Assembly (NCBI GenBank): GCA_049512935.1
Contig: JBEKWR010000002.1
Location: 116,887-180,886, forward strand
Reading direction: 5' to 3'
Length of the DNA: 64,000 nt
From: Candidatus Bathyarchaeia archaeon
GTDB lineage: Archaea; Thermoproteota; Bathyarchaeia; Bathyarchaeales; Bathycorpusculaceae
Positions within the stretch are counted from its first letter, which is position 1. Each line of letters begins with the position of its first letter. Under the pieces are notes generated by a model. That model did no database searches. It had not been told where the DNA came from and saw only the letters and a program-made list of their open reading frames with translations. Below, in pieces: positions 45,910-56,095 of this stretch. The translations under genes were made by a program, and so were the position numbers.

Positions 45910-48780
45910 TCAAAATCTCTTGCTCAGCGACTTACGTTCGGCTTCCATGACTAACTCGTAGAAACGGTCTGAAAGCTTCGGCTCCTTAGCAAGAACATCA
46001 GCTACGTCAGCCGTGTAAACTCGCCTGGCGCTCAAGGCGACCGCCGCCGCCTTGCCGTACTTTTCAATCAACTCTGCGGTCTGCCTCGCCCGCAACTGCA
46101 GTTTCTCCTCGTCCTTCGCCAAGCGCCCCTTCTTCTCAATCAGCGGCAAAGCCTTCTCCTCCTCGACTTTCAGCAAACCCAACGCGTAGGAGCCGCAGCG
46201 AGGGCATTTCGGTTTGTCAGGCAGGTCTTTGATGCGGATGGTTTCCATGTAGTCCCAGCAGTTTGTGCACACGAAGTTGCCTGTCTCGTTCAGCAGTCTG
46301 GCTTTAGCCGCGGCAATGAGCACTGCACGCATCTTCTCAGGCGGGATAAGGTCAGTTTTCATGCTTACCCGTTCGATTCCGACTCGAGCAACAGGAGTCG
46401 CGTTGCCGCCTGTCTCAACAAACTGCAGGCTTACTTCTCCACTGCGAATCCTGCCAAGCGCGTTTACAAGCCCGTCTGCGTCGAGGTCCTTGCTGAAAAC
46501 TTCTTTCAAGCCTTCCTCGTAAATCAGGGTGCCCTCGAAGCTTGATATCAGCTTCTGGATGCTGACGTTGCTGAAGTCAGCCCACTTCTTCAACGCGCCA
46601 AAACGCCTCGCAACCTGAATCACACGGCGCTTGAACAAACCCGTCTTCACGGTTGACCGTGTAAGCGTGGCTTTAACTGCTTGGTCGCTCATGCTTTTCA
46701 ATTCGTCGAAGACTTCCAAGAGCCTCTGGGCGCTCATGCTGCCCATGGTTTGGACAAAAATTCGGTAAGGGTCATGCTGAACAACGATGCCGCGTCCGAG
46801 CTTGTCAGACAGGACTTCCCCCAAGAACTGTGCCAACGCGCGGTTAATCAAAGAGCCAAAGTTAGAGTGCAGGATAACGAATTCGCCCCAATCCTCAACG
46901 ACAATCCGCCGTGGCGTAGGAACCGCGAAGCCAGAGTTCACCTGCTCCACCGTCTCCGCTAAGGCACGGGAAATCGTCTCTTTGTCCGCTGGGTAACGTT
47001 CGCATAGAAGAACACTTACCTCTTCTGGCGAAAGTCCCGCATGCATTTTTTCCTCGACGAAGCCGCGGATCTCCGCCAGTTCCTGCGCTATCTCGTAGGG
47101 CACGGGGATTTCTTCGCCGATCCAGCTCGGAATTGAGCCCGTCGGGTCGTCAACTGGGCGCACGTAAACCTTGTCTTCCGTGGCGTGCATGATTTGCCAT
47201 GGGCTTCCGCGTATGATGAATTTTGTTCCAGGCTTGCCGTATTCTGCCATGAACGCTTCGTCCAGGACGCCGATTGATGTGTCGGTTGATTCGTCGATGA
47301 CGAGGAACTGTTTTTCCTCAGGAATCATTGACAAGTTGTCGAAGTAGTACTCGAACAGAGCCTTGGACCGCTGAGGCTTAAGCGCAACCTGGTCTTCAAA
47401 GCTGACCCAGGCTAACCGTGGAAAACGCTCATGCATGTACTTGAAGGCTTTGCTGACGTCTTCCAAAGTCAGGTTCTGGAAGGGCGCCGCGTTCCGCGCT
47501 AACTCTAAAACCTCGTTGAATTCTAGTCGCCTGGTCTTGAGCATTAACCCTGCGATCTGATGGACCAGAACATCGTAGGGCTTGTCGGGTATTTCAACGG
47601 GCTCCAACTGTTCGTTGAGGGCTCTGCGGGCGATGGCTAAGGCTTCAAGCGTGTCGTCTGAGTCCATGCCTATGATTACGCCTTCGGCGACCTGACCGTA
47701 AGTGTGTCCTGCACGCCCGACCCGCTGGATAAGACGGGTAACCTGTCTCGGGCTCATGTACTGGATGACGAGGTCTATGCGTCCCACGTCGATGCCGAGT
47801 TCGAGGCTGCTGGTCGCGATTAAACCCTTGAGTTCGCCGCGTTTCAAGCCTGTCTCCGCCGTTATCCTCGACAGCTTAGCCAACGAGCCATGGTGGATCG
47901 ATATGGGAAAGTCGATGTCCCAGACTTTGAAGCGTGACGCTAAAACCTCGGATATCGAGCGCGTGTTGGTGAAGAGCAGCACGGATTTGCGTCTGCTCAT
48001 GTAGTCGCGGATGATGCGCAGTCTAGCGGCGACTTCGGGGTGCGTGTAGATTTTGGCTGCGAACCTCACGTCTTCCTCGGTTGGCTTGGGGTAGATCACT
48101 TGAAGCTTTACCATTTTGGCGACGGGGACGCGAATGATTTCGACTGGGCGCTTGGTGCCGACGAGGAACTGGGCGACTTTGTCTGGGCTGCCGATGGTGG
48201 CGGATAAACCGATCATCTGGAAGCCTTTCCCAATCAGGTTTCTCACCCGCTCCAGCGCCAGGGAAAGTTGGCTTCCCCGTTTGCTGTCGGCTAACTCGTG
48301 GACTTCGTCGATGATTACCCACCTTAGGCTTTGCAGGTGCTGCCGCAGAATCCAGCCTGAAAGTATGGCTTGCAGCGTTTCAGGGGTTGTTATGAGGATG
48401 TCGGGTGGGCTTCGGGACTGTCGCATCCGCTCTTTGGTTTCGGTGTCTCCGTGGCGAACTGCGAGTTTAATGTCTAGGCTATTGCACCACCACTGGAGGC
48501 GTTCAAGAAGGTCCCTGTTCAGGGCACGAAGCGGCGTGATGTACAGGACTTTTATGCCTGGAGTTTTAGGCTCCCGAAGAAGCATACTTAACACGGGCAA
48601 AAAAGCGGCTTCCGTTTTTCCCGTGGCTGTGGGCGAAATGAGCAGCACGTTTTTGCCTTCGAGTATTTTCGGGATGGTTTTCTCTTGGGGCTCGGTCGGT
48701 TTAGAGAATCCTTTCTGTTCAACGAGCCTGCGCACTGGCTTTACCAGCATGTCGAAAGCGTTTTCAGAAGTTGCCTGCAA
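45910..48780 (-). CDS. lhr: Lhr-like SF2 helicase with C-terminal zinc finger
   Basis: PTATGKT, DEVH, SAT, QRVGRAGH, CTNC/CPRC. Confidence 0.9.
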   Translation of the reverse strand: MQATSENAFDMLVKPVRRLVEQKGFSKPTEPQEKTIPKILEGKNVLLISPTATGKTEAAFLPVLSMLLREPKTPGIKVLYITPLRALNRDLLERLQWWCNSLDIKLAVRHGDTETKERMRQSRSPPDILITTPETLQAILSGWILRQHLQSLRWVIIDEVHELADSKRGSQLSLALERVRNLIGKGFQMIGLSATIGSPDKVAQFLVGTKRPVEIIRVPVAKMVKLQVIYPKPTEEDVRFAAKIYTHPEVAARLRIIRDYMSRRKSVLLFTNTRSISEVLASRFKVWDIDFPISIHHGSLAKLSRITAETGLKRGELKGLIATSSLELGIDVGRIDLVIQYMSPRQVTRLIQRVGRAGHTYGQVAEGVIIGMDSDDTLEALAIARRALNEQLEPVEIPDKPYDVLVHQIAGLMLKTRRLEFNEVLELARNAAPFQNLTLEDVSKAFKYMHERFPRLAWVSFEDQVALKPQRSKALFEYYFDNLSMIPEEKQFLVIDESTDTSIGVLDEAFMAEYGKPGTKFIIRGSPWQIMHATEDKVYVRPVDDPTGSIPSWIGEEIPVPYEIAQELAEIRGFVEEKMHAGLSPEEVSVLLCERYPADKETISRALAETVEQVNSGFAVPTPRRIVVEDWGEFVILHSNFGSLINRALAQFLGEVLSDKLGRGIVVQHDPYRIFVQTMGSMSAQRLLEVFDELKSMSDQAVKATLTRSTVKTGLFKRRVIQVARRFGALKKWADFSNVSIQKLISSFEGTLIYEEGLKEVFSKDLDADGLVNALGRIRSGEVSLQFVETGGNATPVARVGIERVSMKTDLIPPEKMRAVLIAAAKARLLNETGNFVCTNCWDYMETIRIKDLPDKPKCPRCGSYALGLLKVEEEKALPLIEKKGRLAKDEEKLQLRARQTAELIEKYGKAAAVALSARRVYTADVADVLAKEPKLSDRFYELVMEAERKSLSKRF

Positions 48781-49026
48781 TAACTTTGGAGCCTCAGGTG
48801 ATAAGCAGGAGCCGAGTATTTAAAAAATGTTGTAGCCTCTGACGCATCGGACCTGTTTTTAGCGTGTTTGAGCAGGGCTTTTTTGACTGTTTGAATTTGG
48901 GTTCGAAAACAATTTCTGCTCAGGTGAATGTTTTTTGGGTTTTGTCATGAATTGGAAAAACTTTAAAAGCAAAATCCATTGACGCTTACTATGTAAGCCG
49001 TTTGTGGCTTACTGGATGGAGCGAAA

Positions 49027-49488
49027 ATGACCCTCAGCCTCGGGTACCTAACGCCCAAGCAGAAAACCATCTGGGACCTCAAAAGCCGCGGACTCCAAGA
49101 AGCCCACATCGCAAGAAAACTAAACGTCACCCGGCAAACCGTCCACAAAGCAATAGACATAGCCAACCTGAAAATCGGCGAAGCCCTAGAGGAAACGGCA
49201 AAAATCAACAAGATTGAAACCCAAAGAATCGACCCGGACAAAGGCTACCTCCTCGGCTACAGCAGCCACTTCAAAACCCAAGCGTTCATCACCTTCTCAG
49301 CCAAAAACGGCGTCCAAGTCTGGTACAAACACGAAGGCGACTGCGAAAAATGCAGCCAACTCGAAACGTGCAGAGAGGCTTTGCTGGCGGAAGCCAAAGA
49401 CCGCAACTTCCTGCTTCTGGACGACACGAGCAAGATTTCGCCATCCAAACTCGCAGAAGCCCTAATATCAAAAATAACAGGTGAATAA
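49027..49488 (+). CDS. HTH transcriptional regulator with Cys motif
   Basis: IARKLNVTRQTVHK; WY.HEGDCEKC. Confidence 0.8.
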   Translation: MTLSLGYLTPKQKTIWDLKSRGLQEAHIARKLNVTRQTVHKAIDIANLKIGEALEETAKINKIETQRIDPDKGYLLGYSSHFKTQAFITFSAKNGVQVWYKHEGDCEKCSQLETCREALLAEAKDRNFLLLDDTSKISPSKLAEALISKITGE

Positions 49489-49490
49489 AC

Positions 49491-50297
49491 ATGGGTTTGC
49501 GACAACGGTTTAGAGCTTTTAAGAATTGGTGTCCTCAACCGCCTAACCCAGTCAGTTCAAAACTTAAACGGTACTCTGCGCCGCCAAACTATCTGGACAA
49601 GCAGGTTAGAAATAAGTGGGGTTACTTGCCCGTAGCTGAAGGATGTTTTCTAATCTTTGCGGCAATAGCCATATTGATGCTTGAATTACAAACCAACAAT
49701 AGCAATTACTCCAATTACACCGTTTTTTACAAATTTTGGATTCCAATTATTTCTCTCTGTCTCATTGCAGGCGCGTTTTCTGTGGTCATCGGAGTAGCAT
49801 ACTTAAGAAGAATCAGAAACAGATGGAGTTACGCCTCAATAACTGCCGGGTTCAGCTTAATCGCCATTGAAGCGTATAAGTTGGCTGCTACTTTAGAGGG
49901 CACATACGAACAGTTTGGAATAGGCTGGAGCGATTTCCAACAAAATTGGGCACCTTACTTCTTTTCTGGCTTAATGGCAGCGTGTTTTCTAATAGTCTTA
50001 GGAATAATCCTTGGTTTAAAAGTCAGAAACAAACTTGGCTATGTCACAATAACTGGCGGGTTAGCCGTAATGCTTGTTGGAGCATCCATACTAGCCGCGA
50101 ATTTAGCTACCAGCCTCAATTACTATCCCCCGAACTACTACTTCAGTTTACAGGTAGCTTGGAACACATCAATTTCCGATTTTCTAATAGTCGGCGCGTT
50201 AATTGTAGCCGTCGGAATAGTGTACTTAGCGAGAGACAGAAACAGAAAGCTGTTCTCAGCCTCAAAGGACATTTCTCAGCCAATTTCAGGTGAATGA
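49491..50297 (+). CDS. Membrane protein with N-terminal WCPQPP motif and internal repeats
   Basis: Repeats VRNKWGY / IRNRWSY / VRNKLGY / DRNRKL flanking 2-TM units. Confidence 0.75.
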   Translation: MGLRQRFRAFKNWCPQPPNPVSSKLKRYSAPPNYLDKQVRNKWGYLPVAEGCFLIFAAIAILMLELQTNNSNYSNYTVFYKFWIPIISLCLIAGAFSVVIGVAYLRRIRNRWSYASITAGFSLIAIEAYKLAATLEGTYEQFGIGWSDFQQNWAPYFFSGLMAACFLIVLGIILGLKVRNKLGYVTITGGLAVMLVGASILAANLATSLNYYPPNYYFSLQVAWNTSISDFLIVGALIVAVGIVYLARDRNRKLFSASKDISQPISGE

Positions 50298-50298
50298 A

Positions 50299-50361
50299 AT
50301 GGGAATGCACAAACGATTTAGTGATTTTAGGGATTGGTGCCCGCAACCGCCTGAGGGGTAG
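50299..50361 (+). pseudogene. Truncated second WCPQPP paralog
   Basis: MGMHKRFSDFRDWCPQPPEG*; same CAGGTGAAT leader. Confidence 0.7.
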
Positions 50362-50400
50362 AATTGTCCAAGAAAAATAAAGAAACAATCTTTCGGTTTT

Positions 50401-50715
50401 TTACCAGCCGTGCTTAATCGTTGCTGCGGTTTGAGGATGCTTGTTTTTCTTTTCTTTTTTCGCCTTATTGAACCTGTTGATTTCAACCACGCAGCCTTTT
50501 ACGTTGACCCAGTGCGTCAGGTTCAGCCCTTTGCTGCTGACAAACTTGTTTACCATCCGCTGCAACTCGAAGGTTGAAACTTCCGCTCCTTTTAACGCCA
50601 AACCATACTGGTCTATGGAGGAATTCAATTTGTAGTGCTTGTTCAGAAAGTTGGCGAGGCTCTCTTTCTCGTCGTCCAAATCGTTCACATCAACTCTAAC
50701 GGGGCTCTTGGACAT
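50401..50715 (-). CDS. Possible eL22-like protein
   Basis: RVDV..L....LANFL...ELQRMVNKFV...L...WV pattern. Confidence 0.45.
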   Translation of the reverse strand: MSKSPVRVDVNDLDDEKESLANFLNKHYKLNSSIDQYGLALKGAEVSTFELQRMVNKFVSSKGLNLTHWVNVKGCVVEINRFNKAKKEKKNKHPQTAATIKHGW

Positions 50716-50875
50716 TGAATGGTCCTCTCTCAATTTGTAATGGCTAATGTCCATCTATAAAAAACTACCGACATAGCATCCCACACTAACATTTTTCGGA
50801 GCCAAAACCCTGAACGATTCGATGCACCGTCAACTTTAACTTATAAGGCACGTCAAATCTAAGACACAGCGAAAG

Positions 50876-52258
50876 GTGACGTCGGTGAAGAAAACCAAGA
50901 TTTTATGCACGGTTGGACCCGCAAGCTTTTCCAAGCAAGTTATCGAAAAAATGTTTCATGCAGGAATGAACGGCGTCAGAATAAACACTGCTTATGGAGA
51001 CCTCGCCCAGTACCAGTCGGTGATTGAAACCGTTCGCGAAGTCGCAGACATCCCAGTGATGGTTGACGTCAAAGGACCCGAAATCAGAATCAGGGCACGC
51101 CAACCGAAAACCCTCGGCAAAGGAGAAATCTTGGAAGTCGGCTTTAACGGTGAACCCGTCTGTTTTAATCATGACTTGTACGGTGAAATGGCTGTCGGCG
51201 ACTTGGTCCTGATTGACAACGCAAAAATCCGATCGCATGTGGTTGAAAAAGCTGATGGTAAACTGCGGTTAAAAGTGGTAAACGGCGGCACGATAGAAGA
51301 CGGAAAAGGAGTCAACATACCTAACAAGCACCTCACGGTGCCGACCCTCTGTGAACGTGACTTGGAAATCCTAAAGCTATGCAAAAAGCTTGATGTTGAA
51401 TACGTCGCGCTTTCGTTCACGAGAAACGCCAAAGACGTGGAAAACCTTTCTCAAACGCACAAGTTTGAAGGCGGGGTGGTGGCGAAGATTGAGAACTCTG
51501 AGGGCGTTGCGAACGCCGAAGAAATCTTGGAAGCCGCTGGCGGGATAATGGTTGCAAGAGGAGACATGGGAATCGAGATTGAACCCGAAAAGGTTCCTCT
51601 TATCCAGAAGTCCCTCATAAAACTGTGCAACCAGAAAGGCAAGCTTGTTGTAACGGCTACTGAGATGCTTGAATCGATGATTCATCAGCCCTGCCCAACA
51701 AGAGCCGAAGTAAGCGACGTTGCAAACGCGATTCTAGACGGGTCCGACGCAGTAATGCTTTCAGGCGAAACCGCGATGGGCGAGTACCCTGTGGAAGCCG
51801 TTAGGATGATGACTCGGATAGCGAACGAAACTGAGAAAGCCGTGAAAAGCAACGTTGAAGACTCCGCCTACGTTAACATTTCTGACACGATAAGCAGGGC
51901 GATTCAGCGGATTTGCCTTAGCATGCCTGTCCACAAAGTCGTAACCTTGACCAGGTCAGGCTACACGGCGCGGATGATAGCTCGCTTTAAGGTAGCGCAG
52001 CCGATAATTGCCGTGACCACTGATGTGATGGTGAAGAGGCAGCTGGAACTCATTTTCGGCGTTGAACCAGTCCTGATAAACTACCTTGAGGAGAAAGATC
52101 GAATTGCTTATGTCGGCAACGAACTTTGCGCTATGGGTCGGATGGGCGAGAAAGAAACGGTTTTGTTTACGGCGGGTGTGAGGACAACAATGAAGCATGC
52201 AAGCAACTCGATTGAAATTCACAAGGTGGAGGATCTCAAGGAGTTTTCTTCTTCCTGA
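50876..52258 (+). CDS. pyk: Pyruvate kinase
   Basis: KTKILCTVGP, AKIEN, MVARGD, MLSGETA. Confidence 0.96.
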   Translation: MTSVKKTKILCTVGPASFSKQVIEKMFHAGMNGVRINTAYGDLAQYQSVIETVREVADIPVMVDVKGPEIRIRARQPKTLGKGEILEVGFNGEPVCFNHDLYGEMAVGDLVLIDNAKIRSHVVEKADGKLRLKVVNGGTIEDGKGVNIPNKHLTVPTLCERDLEILKLCKKLDVEYVALSFTRNAKDVENLSQTHKFEGGVVAKIENSEGVANAEEILEAAGGIMVARGDMGIEIEPEKVPLIQKSLIKLCNQKGKLVVTATEMLESMIHQPCPTRAEVSDVANAILDGSDAVMLSGETAMGEYPVEAVRMMTRIANETEKAVKSNVEDSAYVNISDTISRAIQRICLSMPVHKVVTLTRSGYTARMIARFKVAQPIIAVTTDVMVKRQLELIFGVEPVLINYLEEKDRIAYVGNELCAMGRMGEKETVLFTAGVRTTMKHASNSIEIHKVEDLKEFSSS

Positions 52259-52346
52259 AAGCGGCGCGTCTCAGGTTGGCTGCCACGGCTTAGCTCATAA
52301 ATCGGAATTGACTGGATCATTGGGCTTAGCCAAGGAAGGAACCGCA

Positions 52347-52372
52347 CGTTTAGACAAAAACCTGTCTAAACG
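52347..52372. promoter_or_regulatory. Perfect 10-bp inverted repeat (operator or terminator)
   Basis: CGTTTAGACA-aaaacc-TGTCTAAACG. Confidence 0.45.
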
Positions 52373-52467
52373 CGACGTTTAACTGTGAAATATCCATTCG
52401 AAAACAATGGAAAGTTTTTTATTCTTTCGTGCGAAAGCATGGAAGCGGTAATACGGAGGAAAATGAA

Positions 52468-52638
52468 ATGGCTAAATGTCCAAAATGCGGAACTGAAGTA
52501 GCTAAGCCAAAGAAAACGTGGAAAATGGCGGGTCGTCCAGATAAAGCTGGAAAACGCATGCAACTCGAAATCGGACTTTACGAGTGCCCGAAATGCAGCA
52601 AAGTCTTCCGCGAAGTTTTAAGCAAAAAGAAAATTTAA
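52468..52638 (+). CDS. Cren7-like zinc-ribbon chromatin protein
   Basis: CPKCG...PKKTWKM...IGLYECPKC.K.FR parallels Cren7 P.KVW...IGLF....GK.FR. Confidence 0.7.
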   Translation: MAKCPKCGTEVAKPKKTWKMAGRPDKAGKRMQLEIGLYECPKCSKVFREVLSKKKI

Positions 52639-52724
52639 TTCTGCAACCATTGATAGTTGCATTACCCGTCCTCTTTTATTTTTTCTTTATTTTGAAAGGT
52701 AACTTTAAAGCGTAGAAGCCAATA

Positions 52725-53444
52725 TTGAAAAGGAACACGTACCGTGGCGGAGGCAAGAAAGGCTTGAGCAGTCTGAAACAGTGGTGGAAAAACGATTACT
52801 TCAAAACTGTCGTCGCTGTGGTGCTGATTGTCGCAGTTGTTCTGGGTTTCCTGTTCGGGTTGCAGATGCTCCTCCACACGCCTTATCCCGCGTTGACTGT
52901 TGAAAGCGGCAGCATGAGCATCCCCTACGACGGCGCCGACAACCTTTTGTTAAGCTTGCAGCATCCGTTTGGACGCACGTTAAGCATAGGCGACATCATC
53001 TTCGTGCAGGGAGTAAACCCTAAAGATTTAAACACCAACTACCCGAACAGCGACATCATCGTTTTCCACAACCCATACGACCCGAGCATGCTTATCGTAC
53101 ACCGAATCATAGCCGTCCACGACGTTAACGGCACACTGTACTTCGAAACCAAAGGCGACGGCAACGGGAATCCTTGGCCGCAAACGCCGACTTCAGGCTT
53201 TGACGAGTGGGACGCCACTAACCCGCCGGGAGTTCCAGCGAGCGATGTTGTGGGCAAGGTGGTTATGCGTATTCCATGGTTCGGCTGGGTGACGCTTTTC
53301 ATGAAGAATAGCCCATGGGGTTTGCCGGTGGTTATCGCGATTATCATGTTGCTTGTAATTGTTGAATTCGTCGTTCCCCTCCTGAGAGAGAAAAAACCTG
53401 AACAACAGAATCAGAGTCAACAGCAGCCACAGATGTCTTTATAA
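52725..53444 (+). CDS. Signal peptidase I (Sec11-type)
   Basis: VESGSM, IVHRII, TKGDGN. Confidence 0.92.
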   Translation: MKRNTYRGGGKKGLSSLKQWWKNDYFKTVVAVVLIVAVVLGFLFGLQMLLHTPYPALTVESGSMSIPYDGADNLLLSLQHPFGRTLSIGDIIFVQGVNPKDLNTNYPNSDIIVFHNPYDPSMLIVHRIIAVHDVNGTLYFETKGDGNGNPWPQTPTSGFDEWDATNPPGVPASDVVGKVVMRIPWFGWVTLFMKNSPWGLPVVIAIIMLLVIVEFVVPLLREKKPEQQNQSQQQPQMSL

Positions 53445-53496
53445 AGCCAGTTTTTGATAATGGAAGATTAAGGGCGGTTAAAAAAGAGGGAATCTA

Positions 53497-54057
53497 TTGC
53501 CGAAAGTTAAAGCCACAATAAGCGTAGAAAACGTCGTCGCTTCTGCAACGCTGAACCAGAAAGTCGACTTAAACGCAGTCGTCAAAGGCTACCCAGGAGT
53601 TGAATATCGCCCCGAACAGTTCCCAGGCTTAGTTTTCCGTTTGAAACGCCCAAAAACTGCCACGTTGATTTTTAGTTCTGGAAAGATGGTTTGCACAGGC
53701 GCCAAATCGGAGAAGGAAGCACGCAGCGCAGTTATGAAGGTTGTTAAGGAGCTTAAGAAGGGCGGCATCATAATCATAAGCAAGCCTGAACTTAAGATAC
53801 AGAACATTGTGGCTTCAGGCGGACTCGGCGGCATGATTGACTTGGAGAAGGCTGCTTACACGCTTGGGCACGCAATGTACGAGCCAGAGCAGTTTCCAGG
53901 CTTGATTTACCGAATGGCAGAGCCGAAAGTCGTGATTCTTCTTTTCGCCAGCGGAAAACTCGTCTGCACCGGCGCCAAAAAAGAGGAAGACGTCTACGTC
54001 GCCGTGGAAAAATTGCATGCGCTGCTTGAAGAAACCAGCCTGATATTCTACGAGTAA
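53497..54057 (+). CDS. tbp: TATA-binding protein
   Basis: Two NVVAS/NIVAS...Y.PEQFPGL repeats. Confidence 0.98.
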   Translation: MPKVKATISVENVVASATLNQKVDLNAVVKGYPGVEYRPEQFPGLVFRLKRPKTATLIFSSGKMVCTGAKSEKEARSAVMKVVKELKKGGIIIISKPELKIQNIVASGGLGGMIDLEKAAYTLGHAMYEPEQFPGLIYRMAEPKVVILLFASGKLVCTGAKKEEDVYVAVEKLHALLEETSLIFYE

Positions 54058-54067
54058 AAATGGGTGT

Positions 54068-54694
54068 TTACTGTTTTTTTACCTGTTTCTGGATTATTTT
54101 TAGGCTCTCCTCATCCATGACGCCTGAATCGTACAGCACGTTTGCTATCTCACTGATTTTCAGCACCGAATGAAGCTTGATTCCGCTTTTTTCAAGCTGC
54201 CCGCCCGCGCCTTCTTCACGATCAAGGAACACAACAGCGTCAGTTACAACCCCTCCTTCAGCTCGGACGGCGTCAGCGGCTTTTTTAAGCGTTAACCCAG
54301 TTGTGACCAAGTCGTCGATCAACAGAACCCTCTCTCCCGTCACCAGGACGCCTTCAACCCGTCGTTCCCTGCCGCGGAGGCGAACGCCCTTGCGCAGGTA
54401 GAGGAAGGGTTTTTTGAGGTTGTAGGCAACTTGAGACGCAAAAATGATGCCTGTTAAGGGTACACCGGCTATTCGGTCAAAGTTTTTCACGCCGATCTGG
54501 CTGCTGATGAACTGGTCGCTGAAGTCGCAGATTTCTCGGAAGGCATCTGGGAAACTTGGGATCACGCGCAGGTTAACGTAGTAGGGGCTTGCTTTTCCAC
54601 TTGAAAGCTTGAAAACCCCGAATTGTATCGCGTCAAGCTTGAAAAGTATGTTTGCCATTTCATCTTTCTTTTCTTGAGCCTTTTTAACTGTCAA
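54068..54694 (-). CDS. pyrE: Orotate phosphoribosyltransferase
   Basis: FKLSSGK.SPYY, IDDLVTTG. Confidence 0.92.
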   Translation of the reverse strand: MTVKKAQEKKDEMANILFKLDAIQFGVFKLSSGKASPYYVNLRVIPSFPDAFREICDFSDQFISSQIGVKNFDRIAGVPLTGIIFASQVAYNLKKPFLYLRKGVRLRGRERRVEGVLVTGERVLLIDDLVTTGLTLKKAADAVRAEGGVVTDAVVFLDREEGAGGQLEKSGIKLHSVLKISEIANVLYDSGVMDEESLKIIQKQVKKQ

Positions 54695-55391
54695 GTTTTT
54701 TCACTTCCCTTTTCGAAACCTGATAAATCTTGTTTTGTTCAGGAACCAAGCACAATGTTCTAGGCAGCTCCTTCTTAATTATCTTAGCGAACTCAGTTTG
54801 GCTTGCCGCGGACGCCGTGTGATAAGGAACCGCAAGCCCTGGCTTAGTTAACCGCGCTATTTCGAAGCCTGTCTGCGGCGTAGCGCTTGGAGCAATGCCG
54901 ACCGTGCAGAAGACCACATCGAACTTTTCTTTCAAACCCATGGCTACCAGCTCTGGAAAGGGCAAGCTGTCTGCGGTGTGGTACACTTTGACGCCGTCTT
55001 CGCTGGTTATGATGTAGGTTACGGGCGCCTCGGCGGGGTGGTTGCACTTCTCCGTTTTGACTGAGACTTCGCCGATTTTGGTTTCTGCGCCTGGCTTTGT
55101 TTCCTGCAGTTTATCAACAGGCACGACATTGCGGAGTTTTCTGGCTGAGGCTAAGTCAGCTATGATTGGGCAACCGTTTTCTTTCTGTACTTCCGCTATC
55201 AGCCGCGGGTCAAGGTGGTCGTAGTGCTCATGCGTTATGAGAATCGCGTCCACGTTTACGAGACTTTTAGCCTTGACGTCAACAGGGTCGACGACGAGCG
55301 TTTTGCTCGGGGTCTTCAAAAGCACTCCAGCGTACTGATTAAGCCAAGTGAATAGTACGGTGTTTTTCTCGGGTGTTCTTTGGATTGGCAC
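54684..55391 (-). CDS. Metallo-beta-lactamase-fold hydrolase
   Basis: THEHYDH, YHTAD, VPYH. Confidence 0.88.
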   Translation of the reverse strand: MPIQRTPEKNTVLFTWLNQYAGVLLKTPSKTLVVDPVDVKAKSLVNVDAILITHEHYDHLDPRLIAEVQKENGCPIIADLASARKLRNVVPVDKLQETKPGAETKIGEVSVKTEKCNHPAEAPVTYIITSEDGVKVYHTADSLPFPELVAMGLKEKFDVVFCTVGIAPSATPQTGFEIARLTKPGLAVPYHTASAASQTEFAKIIKKELPRTLCLVPEQNKIYQVSKREVKKLDS

Positions 55392-55491
55392 GGCTTGATT
55401 CCTCAGAATGATTATGTAAGAGGCGTTTTAAAGAAGGTTGCGTTAACCAACCGTTGGGTCGAAGCGTTGACCATGCGGAAAAAGCAAATTC

Positions 55492-55980
55492 CTATTCGTT
55501 TCTGAACCTTTGCCTGTACAAGTCGTAGTCTGGCAGGATGCGCTCGTAGTCTTTGCACATCAGCGGCGAGGAAATTATGAAGTCGGCTGAGGCTCGGTTG
55601 CAAGCTATGGGAATGTTCCACAGGGCGGCTACCCGAAGGAGCGCTTTAACGTCAGGGTCATGAGGAAGCTGCTCCAACGGGTCCCAGAAGAAGATGAGGA
55701 AGTTGATTTCGCCCTCCGCGATGCGTGCCCCAATCTGCTGGTCGCCGCCTAAGGGTCCGCTTTCGAGAACCGTGATTTTTAAGCCCAGCTCCTTCTCGAT
55801 GAGTTTGCCAGTTGTTCCCGTGGCGTAAAGCACATGCTGCCTCAGCGTGTCAACGTTGTATTTTGCCCACTCCAGCATGTCTTCTTTCTTGTTGTCGTGA
55901 GCGATAAGCGCAATCTTCTTTTTAGCCGATATCACAGCTGTTTTTACCATGGCTCTATGTTCTCCTGATGGCTTCAGCAT
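55492..55980 (-). CDS. mgsA: Methylglyoxal synthase
   Basis: IALIAHD, ATGTTG, SGPLGGDQQIG, PHDPDV. Confidence 0.95.
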   Translation of the reverse strand: MLKPSGEHRAMVKTAVISAKKKIALIAHDNKKEDMLEWAKYNVDTLRQHVLYATGTTGKLIEKELGLKITVLESGPLGGDQQIGARIAEGEINFLIFFWDPLEQLPHDPDVKALLRVAALWNIPIACNRASADFIISSPLMCKDYERILPDYDLYRQRFRNE

Positions 55981-56095
55981 GAAAAGAATGCTTAATAATT
56001 GTTCCGTTGTTCGACGGGATGGTTGAAGCTGCGTTTTCGGAATAAAGGTTATGTAGTTAACCAGCGGCTAGGAAATAAGCGGGGAGAACTCAGCA

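Noticed and set aside
48116-48823. Long antisense ORF (and similar shadow ORFs within btuC, cysS, lplA, polB2, larA, cdc6)
   Set aside because: They lie opposite well-supported genes and have no recognisable motifs.
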